A stretch of 61,355 nt of DNA, filler included. It is 5 parts of 5 records of this genome, joined end to end, with 100 filler letters (N's around TTAATTAATTAA, not from the genome) between each part and the next. Parts side by side here need not be neighbours in the genome. Positions count along the whole stretch, not along the records: positions 45,825 to 53,675 come from SRR31156797_3367; positions 53,776 to 61,355 come from SRR31156797_3369; 3 more parts are not named here. One strand, given 5' to 3'. A program made the translations under genes and the position numbers. The notes beneath the pieces are model-generated. The model saw only the letters and a program-made list of their open reading frames with translations, was not told the DNA's origin and made no database searches. This document shows, one piece after another, positions 52,009 to 59,416 of the stretch (position 1 is its first letter; each line of letters opens with the position of its first letter).

Positions 52009-53289
52009 ATGGCACTATACCTAAAAAATGCGACTTTCGTGGATTGGAAAACCATGGAAGTTAACCTCACCGATATTAGAGTTCATCAAGGAATAGATGG
52101 ATCAATTGAATTTATTGATAATTCAGAAGGTGATAGTCCTAATAAAACAGATGAAGTAATTGATTGCTCTGGAAAAATTGTAACTAAATCATTTGTAGTT
52201 GGGCATCATCATGTATATTCGGGTTTGGCAATGGGAATGCCAGCTCCAAAAAAGACACCAAAAGACTTTCGGGAGATTTTAAAATATATCTGGTGGACAC
52301 TTGATAAATCCTTGGATAAGGATACTATTGAAGCAAGTGCGTTAGCTACTGCTATGGCTTGTGCAAAGGCAGGTTCTACATTTGCGATTGATCATCATGC
52401 TTCACCAAATTTTATTAATGGTTCCCTGCAAATAATAGCAGATGCTTTTGACAGAGTTGGTGTTAGTCATTTATTGGCATATGAGATAACAGATCGTGAT
52501 GGCCTTCATAAAGCAGATCAGGGATTGGCTGAAACAGAGAAATATCTATCTCAAAATCAGGGATTGGTTGGTATGCATGCCTCATTTACCATTGGTAATG
52601 ATACTATGCAAAAAGCTGCTGAATTGATGCGCAAATTAGATTCCGGTTTCCATATTCATGTGGCAGAGGATTATTATGATCAGTTACATTGCGAAGAAGA
52701 GTATGGTAAGCGGGTTGTTGAGAGATTAAATGATTTTGGTGTGTTAGAATCGTCCAAAACACTTTTAGTACATGGTCTTCATTTGAATGATAATGAACGA
52801 AAGCTGATTGCAAACAGTAATGCATGGGTTGTTGAAAATAAGGAAAGCAACTTGAATAATAATGTTGGCCAATTTAATGGAACAGGTTTAGGTAAAAATA
52901 TCATGCTGGGAACAGATGGAATGCATAGTGATATGTTACAAAGCGCAAAAGTTGCTTTTTTTGCTGGACATGGCCATGAAAAGATTAATTATCAGATGGT
53001 TTACAATCGTTTTAGAAATGCTCATAATTATCTGAAAATAAACAATTTTAAAGGTGATGGCGATAATAATCTTGTGATACTTGATTATGATGGGCCTACA
53101 TCTTTGCAAACCGATAATTTCCTTGGTCATTTTATTTTTGGAATAAAATCAAACCATGTACAACATGTAATTTCTAATGGTAAGTTAATTGTGAAAGATT
53201 ATCAAATGCAAACCGTTAATGAACAGGATATTTTAGATTTTACACGTAAGCAATCTATGAGGTTGTGGGATGAAATGAATAAGCAATAA
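52009..53289 (+). CDS. ssnA: SsnA-like amidohydrolase
   Basis: 'GHHHVYS', 'WW.LDK', 'DHHASP', 'YEITDRDG', 'HASFT', 'HVAE', 'LGTDG'. Start at ATG 52009. Confidence 0.85.
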   Translation: MALYLKNATFVDWKTMEVNLTDIRVHQGIDGSIEFIDNSEGDSPNKTDEVIDCSGKIVTKSFVVGHHHVYSGLAMGMPAPKKTPKDFREILKYIWWTLDKSLDKDTIEASALATAMACAKAGSTFAIDHHASPNFINGSLQIIADAFDRVGVSHLLAYEITDRDGLHKADQGLAETEKYLSQNQGLVGMHASFTIGNDTMQKAAELMRKLDSGFHIHVAEDYYDQLHCEEEYGKRVVERLNDFGVLESSKTLLVHGLHLNDNERKLIANSNAWVVENKESNLNNNVGQFNGTGLGKNIMLGTDGMHSDMLQSAKVAFFAGHGHEKINYQMVYNRFRNAHNYLKINNFKGDGDNNLVILDYDGPTSLQTDNFLGHFIFGIKSNHVQHVISNGKLIVKDYQMQTVNEQDILDFTRKQSMRLWDEMNKQ

Positions 53290-53342
53290 TTCATTGAATT
53301 TTTGCGTTTTGAAGAAAATAAACCAAACATTTCAAAAAATCA

Positions 53343-53373
53343 CTTGTTTAAAAAGAAAATATATTTAGTTTTG
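53343..53373 (+). promoter_or_regulatory. Bacteroidota sigma-A promoter driving the leader region
   Basis: (c)TTG at 53343-53346, 19-bp spacer, TAGTTTTG (TAnnTTTG) at 53366-53373. Confidence 0.65.
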
Positions 53374-53381
53374 TAAACACA

Positions 53382-53435
53382 ATGAAGAAAAATTTAAACA
53401 TATGGCATTGGCAAAATCTTGACGAACAATCGTGA
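53382..53435 (+). CDS. Trp-containing attenuator leader peptide 1 (MKKNLNIWHWQNLDEQS)
   Basis: Manual translation. TGG-CAT-TGG codons, followed by a terminator. Confidence 0.75.
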   Translation: MKKNLNIWHWQNLDEQS

Positions 53436-53463
53436 GGAAGCCGATCTGTATGTAAAAATATAC

Positions 53464-53499
53464 AAGCCCGTCGTGAACCTCACAACGGGCTTTTTTTTT
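53464..53499 (+). terminator. Attenuator terminator 1
   Basis: AAGCCCGTcGTGA-acc-TCACaACGGGC plus T9. Confidence 0.9.
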
Positions 53500-53517
53500 A
53501 TGATAAATAATAACGAA

Positions 53518-53580
53518 ATGAAAAAACTTCAAAAAATACAATTATGGCATTGGCACATTTGGCAAACGAGAATATCGTGA
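53518..53580 (+). CDS. Trp-containing attenuator leader peptide 2 (MKKLQKIQLWHWHIWQTRIS)
   Basis: Manual translation. Three Trp and two His codons. Ends TCG-TGA like leader 1. Confidence 0.75.
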   Translation: MKKLQKIQLWHWHIWQTRIS

Positions 53581-53604
53581 AGCGTGTGCTATACTAAAAT
53601 TTTA

Positions 53605-53636
53605 AGAGGCTCATCAATCACGATGGGCCTTTTTTT
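53605..53636 (+). terminator. Attenuator terminator 2
   Basis: AGGCTCATC-aatcac-GATGGGCCT plus a T-run. Confidence 0.88.
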
Positions 53637-53646
53637 AGTTTGAAAA

Positions 53647-53675
53647 CGTCATTGCGATCCGCCAGCTGGCGGAGA
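53647..53675. repeat. REP-like palindromic element, truncated at the contig end
   Basis: GTCATTGCGA followed by the perfect 16-bp palindrome TCCGCCAGCTGGCGGA. GC-rich against an AT-rich background. Confidence 0.6.
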
Positions 53676-53775
53676 NNNNNNNNNNNNNNNNNNNNNNNNN
53701 NNNNNNNNNNNNNNNNNNNTTAATTAATTAANNNNNNNNNNNNNNNNNNNNNNNNNNNNNNNNNNNNNNNNNNNN
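53676..53775. other. Artificial contig spacer
   Basis: N44-TTAATTAATTAA-N44. Confidence 0.98.
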
Positions 53776-53853
53776 ATAAAGTGTAAAACCTTTAGCATTT
53801 GAACTAATGCTTTCAATTTCATTCTTCAGTGATCGCTTTAAATCATCATTCAT
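53776..53853 (-). CDS. Hypothetical protein, N-terminal fragment (MNDDLKRSLKNEIESISSNAKGFTLY...)
   Basis: ATG after AGGAA directly behind the upstream gene. Open to the contig end. Confidence 0.5.
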
Positions 53854-53854
53854 T

Positions 53855-54106
53855 TTAATTCCTAATAAGTTTTTTTAATTCATTGATTTGTTTTTTAATA
53901 CTTTTAGTACTAATTAACTCATCATCCAAAAATTGTATTTCTAGTGCATCAAGTTTTCTTGTGTATTTTCTTTTTGATAAAATCAAGAATTCTTTACCAC
54001 TAAATATGTCTAATGTTAGATATTTATATCCATGTGTTTTACTAACATTGATATTTCCAATAACTGTTGATTTTTTTCCATGCATTTCGCAATATTTTAA
54101 AACCAT
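53855..54106 (-). CDS. Hypothetical protein (83 aa)
   Basis: ORF with AGGA RBS, co-oriented with the module. Confidence 0.6.
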   Translation of the reverse strand: MVLKYCEMHGKKSTVIGNINVSKTHGYKYLTLDIFSGKEFLILSKRKYTRKLDALEIQFLDDELISTKSIKKQINELKKLIRN

Positions 54107-54202
54107 GATTTTTCCTAATAAATAAAAGGGGAAATATTAAATATCCAGAGGATATAAATATCCCCTAGAGGTTAACTGTAAGTAAGCAACAAGATATAAA
54201 AT

Positions 54203-54751
54203 CTATTTATTTTTATTTTTAATATACTCTTGATAAGATTCAATTAGTTCTAAACAAACATTATTAAAACATTCAATTTCATCTTTTGTTATAAAACCAT
54301 TTGTTCCATAATTTCCAAAAACAAATTCATCTTTTGCATTTGATAAGGTTTCTAAATCAATTCTCATCAATTCTTTGTCGTTATCACTTCTTGCTTCAGG
54401 AATGATATAGCTTTCAAGGGCATCCCTTTCACTCTTTCTATTTGCAATCCAATATGGAGCAATAATATCCTCATCAAGTAGATCATGTTTTATTCTATAA
54501 GTAATATCATTTGAATTATCAATAATTACCATTTCTTGAGTATTGTAATCAAATGATATTTCGTAATTATTTAGTTGTTTTTCTAACAACTCTTTTTTTT
54601 CTAAATCACTTAAAGCTTCATCAATTTTAGCTTCTAGGTTAATTGAATTAACATTACCAAGATTAGAAATTTCTTGTAATTCAGATGAGTTCTTATTTTC
54701 AATTATTAAAGCTTGTAAACCTAATAATTCTTCTTTTGTAAAAGTTGTCAT
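54203..54751 (-). CDS. Hypothetical acidic protein
   Basis: Start moved to ATG 54751 (MTTFTKEEL) after AAGGAG. Confidence 0.7.
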   Translation of the reverse strand: MTTFTKEELLGLQALIIENKNSSELQEISNLGNVNSINLEAKIDEALSDLEKKELLEKQLNNYEISFDYNTQEMVIIDNSNDITYRIKHDLLDEDIIAPYWIANRKSERDALESYIIPEARSDNDKELMRIDLETLSNAKDEFVFGNYGTNGFITKDEIECFNNVCLELIESYQEYIKNKNK

Positions 54752-54916
54752 TTTATTCTCCTTATAAGAAAAAAAGAATATACCTACCCTAAAGGATAGT
54801 GACTTTTTGTATATCCTTTTAAGGTTGGCAATATGCGACAATATATATTTTAAATATCTTTGTTTTTCTTAACAAAGACAATTTAATAAGAGAATATAAA
54901 TTAATTAATCAATAAT

Positions 54917-55132
54917 TTAAATCTCTCCTTTTTCAATAAGTTCTTCTAAGTATTTTTTAGTCTTTTCAAAATTACTTATATCATTCTTATTATCTTTTCT
55001 AAATCTATATGGAATCCTATCTCCCAGTGAGTCAACTAAATAAATCACAGTTTGTTTTACTGATTCATAAGCAAATGTCTCTGGGTTATAATCTTTTATA
55101 GATTCTTCTTTGATATCTAAATAAGCACTCAT
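54917..55132 (-). CDS. Hypothetical protein (71 aa)
   Basis: ORF with AAGGA RBS. Confidence 0.65.
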   Translation of the reverse strand: MSAYLDIKEESIKDYNPETFAYESVKQTVIYLVDSLGDRIPYRFRKDNKNDISNFEKTKKYLEELIEKGEI

Positions 55133-55142
55133 ATCTTAGTCC

Positions 55143-55268
55143 TTAAATAATAATTGTTTCTTCAAAATATGTAGAAGTATTAAACTGTTCGTTTATATCT
55201 TCAACTGCTAACTCATGTAATAAGTTATTAATCTCTTCCATGTCAATTACTTCATAATCTAAAAACAT
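55143..55268 (-). CDS. 41-aa acidic microprotein missed by the ORF track
   Basis: MFLDYEVIDMEEINNLLHELAVEDINEQFNTSTYFEETIII*. AGGAGG RBS. Fills the gap between two co-oriented genes. Confidence 0.7.
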   Translation of the reverse strand: MFLDYEVIDMEEINNLLHELAVEDINEQFNTSTYFEETIII

Positions 55269-55269
55269 T

Positions 55270-55527
55270 TTAATTTCCTCCTACTGTTGTTGAATAATCT
55301 ACTAAACCTGCTACTAATAAAATTGCATATACAAATAAAATTATGAAGAACCAGTCTCTTCCAATTCCATCTTTTTTATGTGTAAGATACATAACCGTAG
55401 GGATAAGTAAATAAAACATTCCATACCAAGAAAATGCATAAATGCATAATGCAGGTATTACTGTAGAATGTAACAATCCAAGTACTAATGAATTTGATTT
55501 AATATAATTTATGTAAGCTGTTTGCAT
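55270..55527 (-). CDS. Small membrane protein (about 3 TM)
   Basis: Hydrophobic 85-aa ORF with AAGGA RBS. Confidence 0.65.
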   Translation of the reverse strand: MQTAYINYIKSNSLVLGLLHSTVIPALCIYAFSWYGMFYLLIPTVMYLTHKKDGIGRDWFFIILFVYAILLVAGLVDYSTTVGGN

Positions 55528-55539
55528 AATTTTTCCTTT

Positions 55540-55617
55540 TAACGGAGCATAATTATCCGTTAAACGGAGTTATGCAAAGAAGATTTATACTCCGTATTTA
55601 TTTTTTTTTGATATAAT
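55540..55617. promoter_or_regulatory. ACGGA inverted-repeat pairs plus extended -10 between divergent membrane-protein genes
   Basis: TAACGGA..TCCGTTA (55540-55562), ACGGAGT..ACTCCGT (55564-55595), TGaTATAAT (55609-55617). Confidence 0.55.
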
Positions 55618-55631
55618 TCAAATAATTTAAA

Positions 55632-55826
55632 ATGAGGACTTTTTATTTGAACTACTTGATTATTTTTTTATTTTTAATTATTCCTTCTGCATTTCTATTT
55701 ACAATAGATGATAAAAATGCTACTGCAATGTCCTCTATACTATTTATAGCTGCAATATTTTTTGCATATGTAAATGCAAATAGAAAGAATTTAAGATTAG
55801 TTAATTTTGTAAGAAAGTTCTTTTAA
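55632..55826 (+). CDS. Small 2-TM membrane protein, antisense to the module
   Basis: Two hydrophobic helices and a basic tail. Extended -10 just upstream. Stop overlaps the primase stop. Confidence 0.55.
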   Translation: MRTFYLNYLIIFLFLIIPSAFLFTIDDKNATAMSSILFIAAIFFAYVNANRKNLRLVNFVRKFF

Positions 55827-57235
55827 TAATTAATAGAACTAATTTTTTTTACAGATACAAATTTAGTTAAAAATTCACTCATACTTTTAAATGGTACATT
55901 ACCACTTAAAATAGCTTTTCTAACATCATTCATATCACCATATTTTGAATCCCAAGAGCAAACTTCTGGTTTAACACCTGCACTTAAGCATTTTTGTATA
56001 TAACCATCTTGTTTTGTTTCAAAGTACTTAATACCATTTGTATCTAAATACTTCTTCTCAATGTTTAACTCTTCTAAGCCTTTTTTATTTCGTAAGAATC
56101 TTTTATTAATAGAATCACCTTGAATCTTAATACATCCATATGCAGCCATTTGACCTGCTTTATCTGGATCTAACATAATTCTTAGTCTTTGACCTTTTAA
56201 TAAAGATATATGTTCTTCTTTAAAACCATGTGTTCCAGGACTTCCAATAAAAAGAAAATCTTTTCCTTTAAACTGTTCATCATTACATAATGTATCTGGT
56301 CCACCTTCTACTAAACATTTTATTGCATTTTTATTCACAATGAAGTCATAAGTTAACCCATAAGGTACACTTGCAATTAAATCACTATTACTCATTTGTA
56401 TTTCTTTCATATGAGATTCAATCATCCATTTTTCTGGTTGAGTTGGTCTAAACATAAAAGATGTAACTAAATTAGTTTGATAAATATGAAACGAAGGGAA
56501 GACAATAACTCCACCTTTTTTTACATACCATAGTTTAAAACTAAATGGAGCTTGATGTTCCACACTATTTAAAACTGCTAAATCAATTAATATTTCTAAA
56601 CCGAAATTATCAATTAACTCTTGTACTAACTTATCAAATGACTTTACAGGGATAAACCCTAGTTCTTTAATCTTTGAGTGATTAATATTTACTTTTCTCT
56701 TCTTAAAATACTCAATCTTTTCAGATTGGTTTTCTTTTAATGAAAAGTTATAAATATATGTATAAATTAACATCATTTTATATTTCATAGGAAGTGTAAT
56801 ATAATTTGACATACCTTTTTGAATATCTGCTAACCTTTTTTTAGAAGGATTGAAATATTGATATTCAACTTTGTTTTCAAATTTTTGTTTAGGTTTTGAT
56901 GGATTTTTAACCTGTTGAGGTTTATATTGTTTATCTTCATACTCTAATGTAAAATTAGTAATTGCTGCAACTTTTTCAACTGCATCACGATATGAAGCTT
57001 TTTCATATTCCATCACAAATTTAATAGCATCACCTCCTACTCCACATCCAAAGCAGTGATAAATCTGTTTTGAAGGACTAACAGTAAAAGAAGGTGTATC
57101 TTCTCCATGAAAAGGGCAACAAGCTTTAAAGTTTGCACCATTTTTTTTAAGTTCTATAAATTCAGAAACAACATCAACAATGTCCATTTTCTCTTTTAAC
57201 TTAACAATAGAACTATTTAATATCCTTGACATCAT
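55823..57235 (-). CDS. DnaG-like primase (CHC2 zinc finger plus divergent TOPRIM)
   Basis: 'CCPFHGEDTPSF.V...KQIYHCFGCG', TOPRIM-like 'LVEGGPD', 'LDPDKAG', 'GDMND'. Confidence 0.82.
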   Translation of the reverse strand: MMSRILNSSIVKLKEKMDIVDVVSEFIELKKNGANFKACCPFHGEDTPSFTVSPSKQIYHCFGCGVGGDAIKFVMEYEKASYRDAVEKVAAITNFTLEYEDKQYKPQQVKNPSKPKQKFENKVEYQYFNPSKKRLADIQKGMSNYITLPMKYKMMLIYTYIYNFSLKENQSEKIEYFKKRKVNINHSKIKELGFIPVKSFDKLVQELIDNFGLEILIDLAVLNSVEHQAPFSFKLWYVKKGGVIVFPSFHIYQTNLVTSFMFRPTQPEKWMIESHMKEIQMSNSDLIASVPYGLTYDFIVNKNAIKCLVEGGPDTLCNDEQFKGKDFLFIGSPGTHGFKEEHISLLKGQRLRIMLDPDKAGQMAAYGCIKIQGDSINKRFLRNKKGLEELNIEKKYLDTNGIKYFETKQDGYIQKCLSAGVKPEVCSWDSKYGDMNDVRKAILSGNVPFKSMSEFLTKFVSVKKISSINY

Positions 57236-57244
57236 TTCTCCTTT

Positions 57245-57613
57245 CTATTCTTTTTTATAGAATACATTTTTTATTTCTTCAAGTGTTATATTGTAATCTT
57301 CTAATGCTTCAACTGCAGGTTGAATATCACCTGTATAAAAACATTCATAATTACCTAACTCTCTTCTTATTATTGATTGAATTCCATTTTCTTCAATATC
57401 TTGTTTAATACCTTTCGCATGAATATCATCAAGCTCTTTTAATAAACTATCAACATTGCCCTTTGGAATAATTAAACCAGCTCCAACATTTACATAAGTA
57501 ACACCTTCAACTCTTTTTTCAAAAAATTGTTCTTTATTAAAAGCAAAAAATGCTCCATACTTTTTAAATGCTTCTGATTGGTCTTTTTCTTTATAATCTT
57601 GTAAAAATTTCAT
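57245..57613 (-). CDS. Hypothetical protein, phage/MGE type
   Basis: 122-aa ORF with AAGGA RBS. Motifs 'AFFAFNKEQF' and 'ELGNYEC.YTGD'. Confidence 0.7.
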   Translation of the reverse strand: MKFLQDYKEKDQSEAFKKYGAFFAFNKEQFFEKRVEGVTYVNVGAGLIIPKGNVDSLLKELDDIHAKGIKQDIEENGIQSIIRRELGNYECFYTGDIQPAVEALEDYNITLEEIKNVFYKKE

Positions 57614-57710
57614 TTATTTTCCTTGTTTAAAATTTTTTAAATTCCACAAAGAAATAAAATAGAGTTCTCCATAAGGAAACAAAACTTTATCTCCTTGATG
57701 GAAAAAACTA

Positions 57711-58100
57711 TTAGCTATTTAACTGTTTTTTTATATTCATTAAATCTACAGATTTTTTTGTTTCAGAAGTCTTTTCTGCTACAAAATCTCTAAATCTTCT
57801 TCCTTTTATCATTACTATAATTCCAATCACAAATACAAGGAATAAAGTTAACTTATCCTCTTTGTTTGATGCAATTAAAAATTCAATAACACTAAATGCA
57901 CATAGATTAGGTGCTAAAGAAATAATTAGGTATGTAAAAGCTAAAAGGTCATTTCTGAACTTAATACTCTTTTTTGCTTTAGTTTTTAAATAATGCAATA
58001 CACTAATTATTAAATAATAAAGGGGTAGAAAAATGATAGGTATGAAAATCATAAAAATATGTAAAGATTTCATGTTATGCTCCAACTGTATTTGTTGCAA
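57711..58100 (-). CDS. Hypothetical membrane protein (3 TM; real start possibly ATG 58073)
   Basis: Hydrophobic helices. GGAG RBS at the end of recT precedes MKSLHIF. Confidence 0.65.
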   Translation of the reverse strand: MQQIQLEHNMKSLHIFMIFIPIIFLPLYYLIISVLHYLKTKAKKSIKFRNDLLAFTYLIISLAPNLCAFSVIEFLIASNKEDKLTLFLVFVIGIIVMIKGRRFRDFVAEKTSETKKSVDLMNIKKQLNS

Positions 58101-59196
58101 TTACTACAATATCATTTTCTCTTGTCTTATATGCAAGATTATGTTTTGCAATAACATTTGAAAAATCTTGTAACAATTTACCTGAAACCTTTTCTATTCT
58201 AATGAAAGTTTTATTTCCTTTATTTACTTCATCTAAGATTTTAATATTTAGATTAAGTAATTCATTTTTATAAGTAACTGTTCCTGAATCTTTTTGATTA
58301 GATACACTTTCTTTACTTGCTCCTGCATTACAATTATGTTCTACATGGTCAAGTGTTTTTTGGTACATTACATCATCATTAATATCAGTATAATCATCAA
58401 CATTAACTGCAAGTTTTACCAGTGAAGATAATTGATCATCACCTAATGGTAATTGCTTCGCAAGTTTTTTAATTGATTTTGCTATTGACATTTCTTCATA
58501 CCAACTTTCCCAGATATCTACAGGAAGTTTTGAAGCTACCCTTTTAATTTTTTCTGGAGTTGAATATTTTGGATTTGCATATGTTTGTGAAGGTGAAACT
58601 AATCTTAGTTTTTCAATCTCTTCTTTCTTTACAACAAGAGTTTTTGTTAATCCACTAGTATGCTTTGCGATTAGATAAATTGCATCTAAGTTTTGGTAAA
58701 CCCAATTCTTATCTCCAATATTTCTTTTATCCCAATTTGGAGCAAAGTTAATCTTTTGTCCATTTTCATTTATTATATGAAGAAAATCATCACACTTATA
58801 AACTGGAAAAGACTCTACTAACCAACCTGCTTTAAACAATAATGATGTAAATCCTTTACTACTAATCATTAATTTAATATTTCCGTTATATGGAACTAAA
58901 TATGTATGATCAATTCCAGGTGTAGGATTAAGACCTAATCTGTAAGTATCAATAATTGCTTTAACTATTGAGTGCTTGTTGCAGTCATTAAATTTTTCAT
59001 CCATTGATACATCTAATGCAATTGTCATTGCTTGTTCAGCTTTTTCTCTATTATTAAAGAAATTTGCAAAAAATGGGTTATAAGACTCTATGATAGTTCT
59101 TACACTTGCATCTTTATTTACTACAGTATAATCACCACCTCTTAAAGCTAATTTAGTGTTATCAAAAATGTTTGTTGAATTTGGTTTCTTTGACAT
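58075..59196 (-). CDS. recT: RecT/Bet-family single-strand annealing protein
   Basis: 'LGLNP', 'YLVPY', 'ISSKG...L', 'W..WYEEM..AKSIKKLAKQLP'. Confidence 0.85.
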   Translation of the reverse strand: MSKKPNSTNIFDNTKLALRGGDYTVVNKDASVRTIIESYNPFFANFFNNREKAEQAMTIALDVSMDEKFNDCNKHSIVKAIIDTYRLGLNPTPGIDHTYLVPYNGNIKLMISSKGFTSLLFKAGWLVESFPVYKCDDFLHIINENGQKINFAPNWDKRNIGDKNWVYQNLDAIYLIAKHTSGLTKTLVVKKEEIEKLRLVSPSQTYANPKYSTPEKIKRVASKLPVDIWESWYEEMSIAKSIKKLAKQLPLGDDQLSSLVKLAVNVDDYTDINDDVMYQKTLDHVEHNCNAGASKESVSNQKDSGTVTYKNELLNLNIKILDEVNKGNKTFIRIEKVSGKLLQDFSNVIAKHNLAYKTRENDIVVIATNTVGA

Positions 59197-59416
59197 GATA
59201 TATCCTTTATGTCTTTAAAGTACTTATGTACTATTTTTATTAAAAGCCACAAAAGAATAAATCTATGGCAAAGCCACAAATTTTAATTTCTTTGTGGCTA
59301 ATGCCTTGATTAATTTAAAAATATTTATTATAATTGCAATTGAACATCTTAGTGCAAATATTTTAAGTTGAACTGTTTATTATAAACCTTCACCTTTTCT
59401 ATTTGTTCTAAGTAAG

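Noticed and set aside
1372-53130. Many 60-160 aa ORFs nested in or antisense to long genes (e.g. 1372-1563, 34171-34560, 38658-39131, 50091-50537)
   Set aside because: They are shadow ORFs of well-supported genes, with no motifs or start signals.
49437-53289. Selenocysteine (TGA) readthrough in xdh or ssnA
   Set aside because: Both ORFs are uninterrupted and end in TAA. This enzyme class uses labile selenium rather than Sec.
53401-53580. ATGGCATTGGCA / ATCGTGA repeats as a mini-CRISPR or simple duplication
   Set aside because: There are only two short copies, and they are better explained as conserved W-H-W codons and antiterminator segments of two leader peptides.
54752-54841. N-terminal extension of ORF 54203-54841 in the track
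   Set aside because: It overlaps a stem-loop and poly-T tract, and a good RBS precedes ATG 54751.
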